From: Gammaproteobacteria bacterium
GTDB lineage: Bacteria > Pseudomonadota > Gammaproteobacteria > Steroidobacterales > GCA-2729495
DNA: 64,000 nucleotides
Direction of reading: 5' to 3'
Assembly (NCBI GenBank): GCA_038214295.1
Contig: JBBQSA010000015.1
Location: 174 to 64,173, forward strand
The position numbers and the translations under genes were made by a program. Every line of letters starts with the position of its first letter. The first letter of the stretch is position 1. Below the pieces are notes generated by a model. The model did no database searches. It had not been told where the DNA came from and worked only from the letters and a program-made list of their open reading frames with translations. Positions 24,083 to 33,431 of the stretch are shown here, piece by piece.

Positions 24083-26635
24083 ATGAATAAGATGCTCTGC
24101 CAGACTGTCTCCAAGGGGTTCACTGTCGGCATCCTGGTGGTTGCCGGAATTGTGGGGGCGCCACCGGCCAGGGCCCAGGAGGCTCTTGAGGAAATCACGG
24201 TCACGGCCCGGAAATTTGCGGAGAGCCTGCAGGAGGCGCCTCTGTCGGTGGTCGTGCTCACCGGCGAAGCGATGGCCGAGTCAGGCGTCAGCCGTATCGA
24301 GGAACTGGTTTCCTACGTACCTAATTTCGCGATGTCCGAGACCGGTATCGGTACCAATCTCTACGTGCGCGGTATCGGGTCCGGCATCAACCAGGGTTTC
24401 GAGCAGTCGGTGGGCCTCTACATCGACGGCATCTACTATGGCCGCGGCCAGCTCACCCGGGCCCCCTTCATGGACATGGCCCAGGCCGAGGCCCTGCGTG
24501 GTCCCCAGGCCATCCTGCTCGGTAACAACAGTATTGCCGGCGCACTGAACTTCACCACGGCAAAGCCCACCGATTACCTGCAGGGCTCCGTCAGCGCGCT
24601 CTACGAGCCAACCCATAACGAGCAGGAATTGAACGGCATGATCTCCGGCCCGCTGTCCGACAAGTGGGGGGTCCGCTTCGCGGGCCGCTACCGGACCATG
24701 GACGGTTACATCAAGAACACCCTGCTCGGCCGTGACGAACCGAACCGTGAAGAGAAGAGCGCCCGCGTCACCTTCGCCTACAAGGGCGACCGGGTAGACG
24801 GCACGCTGAAGCTGGAGAACAACAAGTTCGACGTCCGGGGCCGGCAGATCGAGATCATCCGGGCGGATCCCGCAGTAACCCGGGGCTCCAGCCAGACCGG
24901 CTTCAGCAACAACACCGGCAGCTCGGGCCTCTGGGGCCCGGGCTACAACTACCTCCAGTTCCTGGACGAGTTCTTCGACGGCGCCGCACCCGCCACGCCG
25001 CCCGGCTTCAATCCCGCCACCGACTACGTGCTCGACAACCCGGGCCTGACGGACGGCAACCTCAACTACCGTCGCCAGTCCAACGGCGACAAGAGCAACA
25101 ACGACATCAACGCCATTGTCGGCACCCTGAACTTCGTGCTCGGCGACTACACCCTGACCGCGACCGGCGGCCACCTGGACTACAGCTACGTGGAGGACTG
25201 CGACTGCGACTTCACGGGCGCCGACCTCTTCCGCCTCACGTCGAAGGAAGACTACAGCCAGAACAGCCTCGAACTGCGCCTGGCCTCGCCCAAGGAAGAC
25301 CGCCTGCGCTTCCTCGCTGGCACCTATTACCAGCACGACGAACTCGATTTCGGCGACCAGATCTTCCTGCCGCTGGACAGCGGCGTCGTGCGGCTGGTCG
25401 GGCTGGCCACCACCGGCAACCCCGAGGGTGCCTTCGAGTCCCTGGGCAACACCTCCGCCTTCCGGGATTTCCATCAGAACACCACCACAAGCTCGGTGTT
25501 CGGCCAACTGTCCTACGACATCACCGAGCGCTGGCGGGCCAGTGCCGGCGTCCGCTACAGCCACATCGAGAAGGAAGCCACCCGTATCCTCCGGGAAGGC
25601 GACCTGGACCGGAATCCGTTCAACATCAATGATGCCAACGACTTCGACCGGCTGGCTGCCGGCGCCGTGCTCTTTGCCTCGATCTTCAAGGTGTCCTTCC
25701 ACCAGCTGAGCGGCAACCGGACCGAGAACAGCACCGCCTGGGAACTGGTCACCGACTTTGACCTCACCGACGACATCCTGCTGTATGGCTCGGTGAAGAA
25801 GGGCTTCAAGGGCGGTGGCTTTGACGTGCGCTCCAACAGCGAGCCAGTCCCGGGCTCCACGGGCTCGGGCACCCTGTTCCCCGAGTCCTCCCTGTCAGCG
25901 GTCGAGAACAATGTGTCCCCCGGCACCTTCGAGTTCGAGGACGAGCAGGCCCTGGCCTTCGAGGTGGGCTCCAAGCTGACCCTCCTGAACGGCACGGCCG
26001 AGCTGAACATCGCTGCCTTCCGGACGAACTTCGACAACCTGCAGGTCAGCATCTTCGACGGCACGCTGGGCTTCAATGTGGGCAACGCGGCCAAGGCGAT
26101 CACCCAGGGCGTGGAGCTGGACGGCCGCTGGGCCCTCACCGACGACTGGTCACTCAACGGCTCGCTGGGCTACCTGGACTTCAAGTTCGACGACTTCAAG
26201 AACGGCCAGTGCAACCAGGGCCAGCCCGCCAACCAGCCCGGCGGCTTCTGCGACTACACTGGCCAGACGAACCAGTACGTCGCGGACTGGTCGGGCAACG
26301 TGGGCGTCAGCTACCAGCACCCGCTCACCGAGAAGCTTGTCTTCAAGTCCACGCTGGATAGCCAGTTCACCACCAGTTACAACCCGTCCCAGAACCTGGA
26401 TCCCCGGGTGGAGCAGGCCGCCTACGCCATCTGGAACCTGCGGGTGGGGCTGGCCTCGGCGGACGAGAAGTGGGAGGTGGCGCTACTCGGCCGCAACCTG
26501 ACGGACGAGGCGGTCGTGTCCTATGCCAACGACACGCCACTTGCCTTCAGCCAGTTCGGCACGCCCACCTGGTATGGCTTCATCGAGCGCTCCCGCAGCG
26601 TGGCGCTGCAAGCCAGCTACAAGTTCGGGGAGTGA
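24083..26635 (+). CDS. TonB-dependent outer-membrane receptor
   Basis: The ATG at 24083 lies behind AGAGGGG. Signal peptide MNKMLCQTVSKGFTVGILVVAGIVGAPPARA, TonB-box/plug EEITVTARK..., and a long beta-barrel with NLTDE..Y near the C-terminus. The upstream 26 codons of the track ORF are discarded. Confidence 0.9.
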   Translation: MNKMLCQTVSKGFTVGILVVAGIVGAPPARAQEALEEITVTARKFAESLQEAPLSVVVLTGEAMAESGVSRIEELVSYVPNFAMSETGIGTNLYVRGIGSGINQGFEQSVGLYIDGIYYGRGQLTRAPFMDMAQAEALRGPQAILLGNNSIAGALNFTTAKPTDYLQGSVSALYEPTHNEQELNGMISGPLSDKWGVRFAGRYRTMDGYIKNTLLGRDEPNREEKSARVTFAYKGDRVDGTLKLENNKFDVRGRQIEIIRADPAVTRGSSQTGFSNNTGSSGLWGPGYNYLQFLDEFFDGAAPATPPGFNPATDYVLDNPGLTDGNLNYRRQSNGDKSNNDINAIVGTLNFVLGDYTLTATGGHLDYSYVEDCDCDFTGADLFRLTSKEDYSQNSLELRLASPKEDRLRFLAGTYYQHDELDFGDQIFLPLDSGVVRLVGLATTGNPEGAFESLGNTSAFRDFHQNTTTSSVFGQLSYDITERWRASAGVRYSHIEKEATRILREGDLDRNPFNINDANDFDRLAAGAVLFASIFKVSFHQLSGNRTENSTAWELVTDFDLTDDILLYGSVKKGFKGGGFDVRSNSEPVPGSTGSGTLFPESSLSAVENNVSPGTFEFEDEQALAFEVGSKLTLLNGTAELNIAAFRTNFDNLQVSIFDGTLGFNVGNAAKAITQGVELDGRWALTDDWSLNGSLGYLDFKFDDFKNGQCNQGQPANQPGGFCDYTGQTNQYVADWSGNVGVSYQHPLTEKLVFKSTLDSQFTTSYNPSQNLDPRVEQAAYAIWNLRVGLASADEKWEVALLGRNLTDEAVVSYANDTPLAFSQFGTPTWYGFIERSRSVALQASYKFGE

Positions 26636-26640
26636 CGAAC

Positions 26641-28632
26641 ATGCATTCTCTGGCCAAGACGGAAGCACAAAACAACAATCAACACGTCGACCAAGGCTAC
26701 GGGAGTAACCGGGTGAAGACCGCAACATGGCTACGGGGCGCAACCGCCCTGCTGATTCTCTCGGCTATGACGTCATCGTTCGCGACGAACGTGGCCATAG
26801 ACACCACGAGCCCGGCCAACGGCATCACGGACCTCTACAGCGCGACCTTCGATGGATCGCTACAGCCCTGCGGTCCCAGTTCGCCGGCTTACTGCACCTT
26901 CTTCAATGGCGAGCCGCGGCCCGGGCGCAATATCGTCATCACGCCCAGCCCGACGGGCTATATCTCCGCAGTGCCACTGGGCATCACCCCGACGCCGCCG
27001 TCCGGTTCCTACCTGGACCTGACGCTCAACGGTCCGCGCACCCAGGTGACCATCGCGGGCGGCGTGCTCGCCTACCCCTCTATTACCCTGACCATCCTGG
27101 GAAGCACCGCAAACGCCACCGTGGTCAATGCCAATGGTGGCGGCGTGGTGTTCGACACCGCGCCCCAGACCGCGACCCTCAATGCCCAGGGCCAGGCGGA
27201 ATTCCTGGTGAACCTGGCGCCCGCCATCGCCGTGGACTTCAGTCAGTTCTCCGTCGTCGCGTTTCCGCCGATCGGCTCCTGCGCCGGCAACCTGTGCAGC
27301 CTGATTCCGATCCTGACGCTCGACATGGTGAAGTACCGTCTGTTCATCGACTACGACCCGACCTTCACCTACTTCACCGCCAGCTTCATTGGCCAGACAG
27401 GCAACAACTCGGTCCTGTCGATGGCGATCAACTCCGTGGCCCCGGAAATCGTCGTCACCGACAGCCGCGCGCCGGCGGGCGACCTGCAGGTGCCGTTCGG
27501 GAGCATCACGGAGCTGACGACAGCCACCCAGACCGTCACGGTCACGAACAACGGCGGCGCGAACCTGCTCGTCGGCCAGGTCGGCGGCGCCAACCCACTG
27601 GCGGCGCCCTTCGCGATCACAAATGACACCTGCTCAAACGCCAGCGTGCTGCCCAGCGCGGCCTGCACCTTCAACGTCACCTTCACGCCCGGCTCGGTGG
27701 GGGCCTTCTCGGACAGCCTCGATATCCCGTCCAATGACGCGGACGAAGCGGTCACGACGGTCGCACTGTCCGGCACCGGCTCGGCCGCGCCTGAGCCCAC
27801 TATCAGCGTCACCGACACCGTCGCGCCGGTTGACGACAACCTGGTGCCCTTCGGCAGCACGGCGGTGGGCAGCCAGCTGGACCAGACGGTTACCGTCACC
27901 AATGTCGGCAACGGCGACCTTATCCTGGGCCAGATCGGGGTGGCCAACGGCCTGCTGGCGCCCTACAGCATCACCACCGATACCTGCTCCAGCCAGACCC
28001 TGGCGCCGGCGGCCAACTGCACGATCGGCCTGCGCTTCGAGCCCACCGCGGCGGGTGCGACCAGTGACAGCTTCGACATCCCGTCGAATGACGCCACGGA
28101 CCCCACGGTCACCGTGTCGGTCACCGGTACGGGAACCAGCGCCGCCATACCGAACATCGTCGTCACGGACAACACGCTGCCGGCCGACGACCGGATCGTC
28201 CCCTTTGGTAACGTGACGCTGGGTACCACGCGGGATCGGGTCATTACCGTGACCAACGGCGGTGGCGCCGACCTCGTGCTTGGCACTGTCGCCGGCAGCA
28301 ACCCGCTGGCAGCGCCCTTCAGCGTGGTCAGCAACAACTGCTCCGGGCAGATCCTGGCGCCGGCCGCCAGCTGCGCGGTAGTCGCGCACTTCTCCCCGGT
28401 CGACACGACCACCTCCAGCGACAGCCTGGACATCCCGTCGAACGATCCGGACGAGCCGGCCATTACGATCGCGGTGAACGGCACCGGCATCAATGCGGGT
28501 GAAGGCAACCCGGAAGCTCCCAGCCCGGGTGGCGCGAGCACCGGCTTCATGGCCATCGACCCGGCGACGCTGCTGCTCCTCGGCGCGGCGGGTGTCTTCA
28601 GCTGGAGACGGCGGCGGCCCAAGTCCAGGTGA
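26641..28632 (+). CDS. Large exported protein with three choice-of-anchor-D-like Ig repeats and a PEP-CTERM-like C-terminal anchor
   Basis: ATG at 26641 (GGGGAG SD inside the TBDR 3' end); the alternative GTG at 26713 gives a cleaner signal peptide. Three ~115-aa repeats have the pattern VTD...VPFG....TVTVTN.G...L.......N.LA.PF......C........C......F.P......SDS.DIPSND......V...GTG. Tail: IDPATLLLLGAAGVFSWRRRRPKSR. Confidence 0.75.
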   Translation: MHSLAKTEAQNNNQHVDQGYGSNRVKTATWLRGATALLILSAMTSSFATNVAIDTTSPANGITDLYSATFDGSLQPCGPSSPAYCTFFNGEPRPGRNIVITPSPTGYISAVPLGITPTPPSGSYLDLTLNGPRTQVTIAGGVLAYPSITLTILGSTANATVVNANGGGVVFDTAPQTATLNAQGQAEFLVNLAPAIAVDFSQFSVVAFPPIGSCAGNLCSLIPILTLDMVKYRLFIDYDPTFTYFTASFIGQTGNNSVLSMAINSVAPEIVVTDSRAPAGDLQVPFGSITELTTATQTVTVTNNGGANLLVGQVGGANPLAAPFAITNDTCSNASVLPSAACTFNVTFTPGSVGAFSDSLDIPSNDADEAVTTVALSGTGSAAPEPTISVTDTVAPVDDNLVPFGSTAVGSQLDQTVTVTNVGNGDLILGQIGVANGLLAPYSITTDTCSSQTLAPAANCTIGLRFEPTAAGATSDSFDIPSNDATDPTVTVSVTGTGTSAAIPNIVVTDNTLPADDRIVPFGNVTLGTTRDRVITVTNGGGADLVLGTVAGSNPLAAPFSVVSNNCSGQILAPAASCAVVAHFSPVDTTTSSDSLDIPSNDPDEPAITIAVNGTGINAGEGNPEAPSPGGASTGFMAIDPATLLLLGAAGVFSWRRRRPKSR

Positions 28633-28669
28633 CGGGGTCCAGGTGACGGGGCTGAATGACGACTGCTAG

Positions 28670-29446
28670 ATGACGTCACTGGCGACCTTTGACCCGCCCC
28701 GGGTATACACCGGGGCGGTGGAAGACTGGCTGATCCTGGCCGTCATCCTGTCGGCCTCGGTCCTCGCGCAGGTCTTCCTCGTCCGGCGCAACAAGCACCC
28801 GGACAACGTGCACTCACCGCCGCTGGCGTGGCTGCGGGCCCTGCTCTATTTCAGCGTGGTGCTCGTCATCAGCTGGGCCACGGGCGTCCTGAAGGTGCTG
28901 GTGCACGCGCCCTGCGTCGAGCCTGCCCAGCTGGCCAACCCGCTCTGGCTCGGCCTGACGGCCCTCTGGACCGTCGCGACCGCCTGGGGCTACGTGTACT
29001 GGTGGCCCCGGGGCACGCTGACCTACGACCGCAAGCTGTACCTGGTGCCCCAGGTGCTGTTTGGCCTCGCCTGGGGCTTGTGCTCCGCCCAGCTGACCCT
29101 GGTGCTGTGGGCGCTGGTGGAGGACTTCGGCTTCGCCCGCTGGGTTACCGCGCTGCTGGTCTTCTTCCTGCTCTCCGGTTACGGGCAGATCTACCAGTCA
29201 GGCTGGTGGGACATTCACGTGTCCCCACCCCACAACATCCGGGCCACCAACGCGAAGAAGGTGCTCTTCGCCCACATGCCGTTCCTGGTGATTGCCCTCA
29301 CCCACTTCACGCTGTACGGCAACGCGCTGGTGTTCGCTGGCTTCCACGCCATCGCGCTCGCCTGCTCGGCCGTGGCGATGCGCTTCCCACCCTTCTGGGA
29401 GAAGGACGGACCGGCGGTCAACCGCGAGACGGCGCTTGGGGTGTAG
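28670..29446 (+). CDS. Seven-helix integral membrane protein, unknown family
   Basis: 258 aa with an ATG start and seven hydrophobic segments. It carries a conserved-looking SGWWDIHVSPPHN loop. No catalytic motif recognised. Confidence 0.5.
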   Translation: MTSLATFDPPRVYTGAVEDWLILAVILSASVLAQVFLVRRNKHPDNVHSPPLAWLRALLYFSVVLVISWATGVLKVLVHAPCVEPAQLANPLWLGLTALWTVATAWGYVYWWPRGTLTYDRKLYLVPQVLFGLAWGLCSAQLTLVLWALVEDFGFARWVTALLVFFLLSGYGQIYQSGWWDIHVSPPHNIRATNAKKVLFAHMPFLVIALTHFTLYGNALVFAGFHAIALACSAVAMRFPPFWEKDGPAVNRETALGV

Positions 29447-29449
29447 GCC

Positions 29450-30346
29450 TCAGTACTTCACGACCGGCGGCGCGTTGACGGCCGACCAGGCTTCGTAGGG
29501 CACGAAGTTCTTCGCGAGCACGTCCCAGAACAGCTGGTCTTCGAGCCAGCCCCGGCGCATGGCGTCCTGGGCGGCGAGTTCGGCAGCGCCGTAGTGCTGG
29601 CGCCGGCGCTTGTCGAGCAGCTCGAAGTAGGTGTCCACCACCGTCGAGTAGAGCTCCGATACCAGCGCGAAGTGCTTCTCGTCCGCGACCATGTCAGGGC
29701 CGTACATGCTGACCCCGGTGCAGGTTCCCGGCCGGTAGTACTTCCAGGGGCCTTCCCGCTTCTGGGCACAGCCCTTACCCCGGTATTTCTCCCGGTCCAT
29801 GCCGAACTTCGCGAACACGGCGGTAACCCGCTGGTCGAAGAGCGCCAGGTCCTCGGGTAGCTGGGCCGCCTTGATCATGTCCATCGTCGCGCCGATGTTG
29901 CCCGCGCCCTTGTCGGATATCTGCACGGAAAAGGTCGCGTGCAGCATGCCGAGGTACGGGGTCTTCGGGTGCACGGCCACCTCGATGAAGCGGTTCCACT
30001 TGCCCCCGATAATGAAGGGCGGCTTCTCCAGCTGGGTGTTGACCGTCATGACACCGGCCTTCTCCACGACCTTGCCCCGCTCGACCCGCACCTCGTAGTG
30101 CCCGTTCTTCGGCACGTCCATCACCAGGGTCTCGACCACCGCCTTGCCGGGCTTCACGCCGTTCAGGCTGTCCACCTTCTGCCAGAAGCGGGCCTCGATG
30201 CCGGTCATGAAGTCGAGCATCTCCCGGGCCACCTGGGCCTGTTCGGGGGTCAGGTCGTCCAGGGAGTCACCGGGGCCGGCGGCCAGGGCCGGGGTGGCGG
30301 CCAGGATGAACGCAAACAAGGCGGGGAGGCGGCGTGCGCGGGACAT
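29450..30346 (-). CDS. Exported protein distantly resembling oxygen-dependent coproporphyrinogen III oxidase (HemF fold)
   Basis: 298 aa with the signal peptide MSRARRLPALFAFILAATPALAAG. Blocks VEKAGVMTVN, FIEVAVHPKTPYLGMLHATF and RRGWLEDQLFWD parallel the E. coli HemF blocks FEQAGVNFSH, VSLVVHPHNPYVPTSHANV and RRGRYVEFNLVWD (comparison from memory). Confidence 0.4.
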   Translation of the reverse strand: MSRARRLPALFAFILAATPALAAGPGDSLDDLTPEQAQVAREMLDFMTGIEARFWQKVDSLNGVKPGKAVVETLVMDVPKNGHYEVRVERGKVVEKAGVMTVNTQLEKPPFIIGGKWNRFIEVAVHPKTPYLGMLHATFSVQISDKGAGNIGATMDMIKAAQLPEDLALFDQRVTAVFAKFGMDREKYRGKGCAQKREGPWKYYRPGTCTGVSMYGPDMVADEKHFALVSELYSTVVDTYFELLDKRRRQHYGAAELAAQDAMRRGWLEDQLFWDVLAKNFVPYEAWSAVNAPPVVKY

Positions 30347-30443
30347 CGGGGGAACCTCCTCGTTACGGGGTCGCCACTGTGAGCCGGTGCGCTACCGGGG
30401 TCAATTATGCGCAGGCGGCTGATTGAGGGCTAGACTCGCCACC

Positions 30444-32021
30444 ATGAGCTTCCGTACCGGGATCCGCGTCAGCCTTCTCGTCCTCGGCCTCGCGGCCTGC
30501 GGGACCAACCCTGTCACGGGCAAGAAGGAAGTCCAGTTCGTCTCCGAGTCCCAGGAACTGCAGATCGGGGCAACCCAGTACGCCCCAACCCGCCAGAGCC
30601 AGGGCGGGGACTTCAAGGTACTGCCTGCGATCTCGGCCTACGTGAACGAAGTGGGCCAGAAGCTGGGAGCGGCCTCTGACCGGCAGCTGCCCTACGAGTT
30701 CGTCGTGCTGAACAGCTCCGTCCCCAACGCCTGGGCGCTCCCCGGCGGCAAGATTGCCCTGAACCGTGGTCTGCTGACCACCCTCGACAACGAGGCCGAG
30801 CTGGCCGCCGTGCTGGGCCATGAGATCGTGCACGCGGCCGCGCGCCACGGGGCCAAGGCCCAGGAACGGGGCACCCTGCTGCAGGTGGGAATGGTCGCGG
30901 CCCAGGTCGGGATCGCGATGAGCGACGTGAGCGCCGCCACCGGCAACCTGATGGTGCTCGGCGCTGGCGTTGGTACCCAGCTGGTCAGCACGAAATACGG
31001 ACGGGACGCGGAGCTGGAATCCGATCACTACGGCATGCTCTACATGCAACGCGCCGGCTACGACCCGCAGGGCGCCGTGACGCTCCAGGAGAAGTTCCTG
31101 AAGCTCGCCGAGGCCAGCGGGCGCAACCAGAACTGGCTGGAGGGGCTGTTCGCCAGCCACCCGCCGTCCCCGGAGCGGGTCGCGCGGAACAGGGCCACGC
31201 TCGCCGAGCTGCGCGCCGCCAGTCCGGCGCAGGGTGATCTCGGCCGCGAGCGCTACGCGGCCCGCATGGCGCCCCTGCTCGCGATCAAGCCCGCCTACGA
31301 CAAGCAGGACGAAGCGCTGGCGCTCGCGCGCAAGGACGACCTGCCCGCCGCGGCGAAACTGGCCGCGGCGGCGGCCCGGCTCGTGCCCGGGGAAGCGCGT
31401 TTCCCGCAGCTGCAGGGCGACCTCGCCCTGGCGCAGAAGGACCCCAGGACGGCACTGGGCTACTACGAGAAGTCGATCGCGCTCGACAGTGACTACTTCG
31501 CCGCCTATCTGGGCGCCGGCACGGCCCAGTACCAGCTGCGCACCGGTGACCGCGGCCAGGCCTACCTGACCCGCAGCGCGAAACTGCTGCCGACGGCTCC
31601 CGCGCTCTACTACCTCGGCTCCATCGCCAGGGACGCCGGCAACCGGCAACGGGCCATGGAACTCTTCAAGGGCGCTGCCGGCTCGAAGAGCGCCCTCGGC
31701 CAGAAGGCCGGTGCCGAGTACGCCCGGCTCGATTTCGCCCAGAACGGGACGAAGTACCTTGCCAGCGGCATCCAGCTGGACTCCCGGGGCCAGGTCGTGG
31801 CCGTCGTCGAGAACCGGGCACCCTTTCCCGTCAGCGAGATCCTGCTGACGCCGGTCCTCCTCGATGCCAACGGCCGCATCGCCCAGGAGGGACGGCAGCT
31901 CCGGATCACGCAGACGCTCAAGCCCGCTGAACGGGGCTCGGTGAACGCGGGGCTCGGGGCGGTGACCGACGAGGTGCGGCAGCGGATCCGGATCCGCGTG
32001 GACGGGGTCCGCGCGGAGTAG
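30444..32021 (+). CDS. M48-family zinc metalloprotease lipoprotein with C-terminal TPR domain (BepA/YfgC-like)
   Basis: ATG at 30444 (TTG at 30423 also possible). Lipobox LLVLGLAACG. HExxH in LAAVLGHEIVHAAARHG. ESDHYG motif. TPR-like repeats in the C-terminal half. Confidence 0.8.
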   Translation: MSFRTGIRVSLLVLGLAACGTNPVTGKKEVQFVSESQELQIGATQYAPTRQSQGGDFKVLPAISAYVNEVGQKLGAASDRQLPYEFVVLNSSVPNAWALPGGKIALNRGLLTTLDNEAELAAVLGHEIVHAAARHGAKAQERGTLLQVGMVAAQVGIAMSDVSAATGNLMVLGAGVGTQLVSTKYGRDAELESDHYGMLYMQRAGYDPQGAVTLQEKFLKLAEASGRNQNWLEGLFASHPPSPERVARNRATLAELRAASPAQGDLGRERYAARMAPLLAIKPAYDKQDEALALARKDDLPAAAKLAAAAARLVPGEARFPQLQGDLALAQKDPRTALGYYEKSIALDSDYFAAYLGAGTAQYQLRTGDRGQAYLTRSAKLLPTAPALYYLGSIARDAGNRQRAMELFKGAAGSKSALGQKAGAEYARLDFAQNGTKYLASGIQLDSRGQVVAVVENRAPFPVSEILLTPVLLDANGRIAQEGRQLRITQTLKPAERGSVNAGLGAVTDEVRQRIRIRVDGVRAE

Positions 32022-32039
32022 GTACTGTTCGCCGCAGGC

Positions 32040-33368
32040 CTAAACGCTCGCCGGGAACACCCGCCGGTAGTCCCCGATCTGCTCGTCGAGGATCACGTCC
32101 TCCGGCCTGACCGGGTGGGCCAGCGCGAGGCCCGCCAGGCTCCGGCAGCGGGACAGCGCCACGTAGGTCTGCCCGTGGCTGAAGGCGCCGCGGCCGAGGT
32201 CGATGTACACCCGGTCGAAGGTCTGGCCCTGGCTCTTGTGGATCGTGATCGCCCAGCCGAGCCTGAGCGGCAGCTGCTTGTAGGCGCCGACCTGTTCCCG
32301 CGTGATCTGCTTGGTACCCCGGTCGTACTGGTAGACGAGGTTCTCCCAGGCGGTCTTGCGGATCTCGTGCGCGGTGCCGTCCTCGAGCTGCACCGTCGGC
32401 CCGTCGGCGCCGAGCGCCGTCACAAGCCCCCAGGAGCCGTTGATCCAGCGGCGCTCCGGATCGTTCTTCAGGAACATCACCTTGGCGCCCACCTTGAGCG
32501 TGAGGGCGGGTTCCGTGGGAAAGGCCCCCGTGTCGAACTTGCCGCTGACCTCTGCCGCGTAGACCTTCGCCTTGCCGGGCAGGGCCAGCAGCCGCCGGCT
32601 GTTCTCGCGGAAGGCGGCGTCGTTGGTCGCGGTCAGCACCACGTGGCTGTCCGGGTCGGGGAGTTGGTTCTTCGGGAGCACCCGGGCGTTCAGGACTTCC
32701 AGGATCTCCTCGCCCGGCTCGCCGTCGCGGATGTGCTGGAGGATCCGGCGGAACTCCGCATCGTCCTTCTGCCGGTAGATCTTCGCAAGGTCCACGGAGC
32801 GCCCGGCACACTCCCGCCAGACCAGCGCCTGGAAGAAGTACGGTCCGCCGTAGGTTTCCTCGAAGTACTCCTTCAGCTCGGGTTCCCGCACCACCGGGGG
32901 TAGCTGCCAGAGGTCACCAAACATGGCCAGCTGCACGCCGCCGAAGGGCTCGTCGCTGCGCCGGTTCAGGCGCAGCGCCTGGTCGATGCCGTCCATCAGG
33001 TCCGCGCGCACCATGGAGACCTCGTCGATGATCAGCAGGTCCAGTGCCTTCATCACGCTGGTGTGGCGCATTGCCCGGAGCTCCCGGGTGTCCACGAAAC
33101 GCGGTGGCAGCCGGAAAAATGAATGGATCGTCTGCCCGCCCACACTGATCGCGGCCAGCCCGGTGGGGGCCACGACCGCCACGTTGCGCGGCGTCTCGTC
33201 CCGGAGCAGGTGCAGGAGCGTGGTCTTGCCGGTGCCCGCGCGCCCGGTGATGAAGACGTGCTCGTCACCGCCCTCGATGAGAGCGAGCGCCCGGTCAAAG
33301 TCCGCGTTCGGCTCGAGGCCGTCGCGGAGCGGGGGCTTGCGGGGAATCTGGACGGGGGGCAACGGCAT
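32040..33368 (-). CDS. Pif1/RecD-like superfamily-1 DNA helicase
   Basis: 442 aa. Walker A: ITGRAGTGKTTLL. Walker B: LLIIDEVSMV. C-terminal WAITIHKSQGQTFDRVYIDL ... GQTYVALSRCRSL, characteristic of RecD/Pif1/TraA-type helicases. Confidence 0.8.
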   Translation of the reverse strand: MPLPPVQIPRKPPLRDGLEPNADFDRALALIEGGDEHVFITGRAGTGKTTLLHLLRDETPRNVAVVAPTGLAAISVGGQTIHSFFRLPPRFVDTRELRAMRHTSVMKALDLLIIDEVSMVRADLMDGIDQALRLNRRSDEPFGGVQLAMFGDLWQLPPVVREPELKEYFEETYGGPYFFQALVWRECAGRSVDLAKIYRQKDDAEFRRILQHIRDGEPGEEILEVLNARVLPKNQLPDPDSHVVLTATNDAAFRENSRRLLALPGKAKVYAAEVSGKFDTGAFPTEPALTLKVGAKVMFLKNDPERRWINGSWGLVTALGADGPTVQLEDGTAHEIRKTAWENLVYQYDRGTKQITREQVGAYKQLPLRLGWAITIHKSQGQTFDRVYIDLGRGAFSHGQTYVALSRCRSLAGLALAHPVRPEDVILDEQIGDYRRVFPASV

Positions 33369-33431
33369 GGACAGGCATTAGGCCACAGGCGGTATATTCA
33401 GGCATCGCTCTGCACACAGGGGAACCCCGCC

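Noticed and set aside
28670-29446. Exosortase or CPBP-type protease identity for the seven-helix membrane protein downstream of the PEP-CTERM-like cargo
   Set aside because: I found no exosortase Cys/Arg/His signature. The CPBP motifs (EExxxR, FxxxH, HxxxN) do not fit: VEDFGFAR and HFTLYGN have the wrong spacing.
32040-33368. Pif1/RecD-like helicase as part of a defence system
   Set aside because: It stands alone, convergent with an M48 protease and divergent from a Tat-exported protein. No nuclease, methylase or other defence partner is adjacent.
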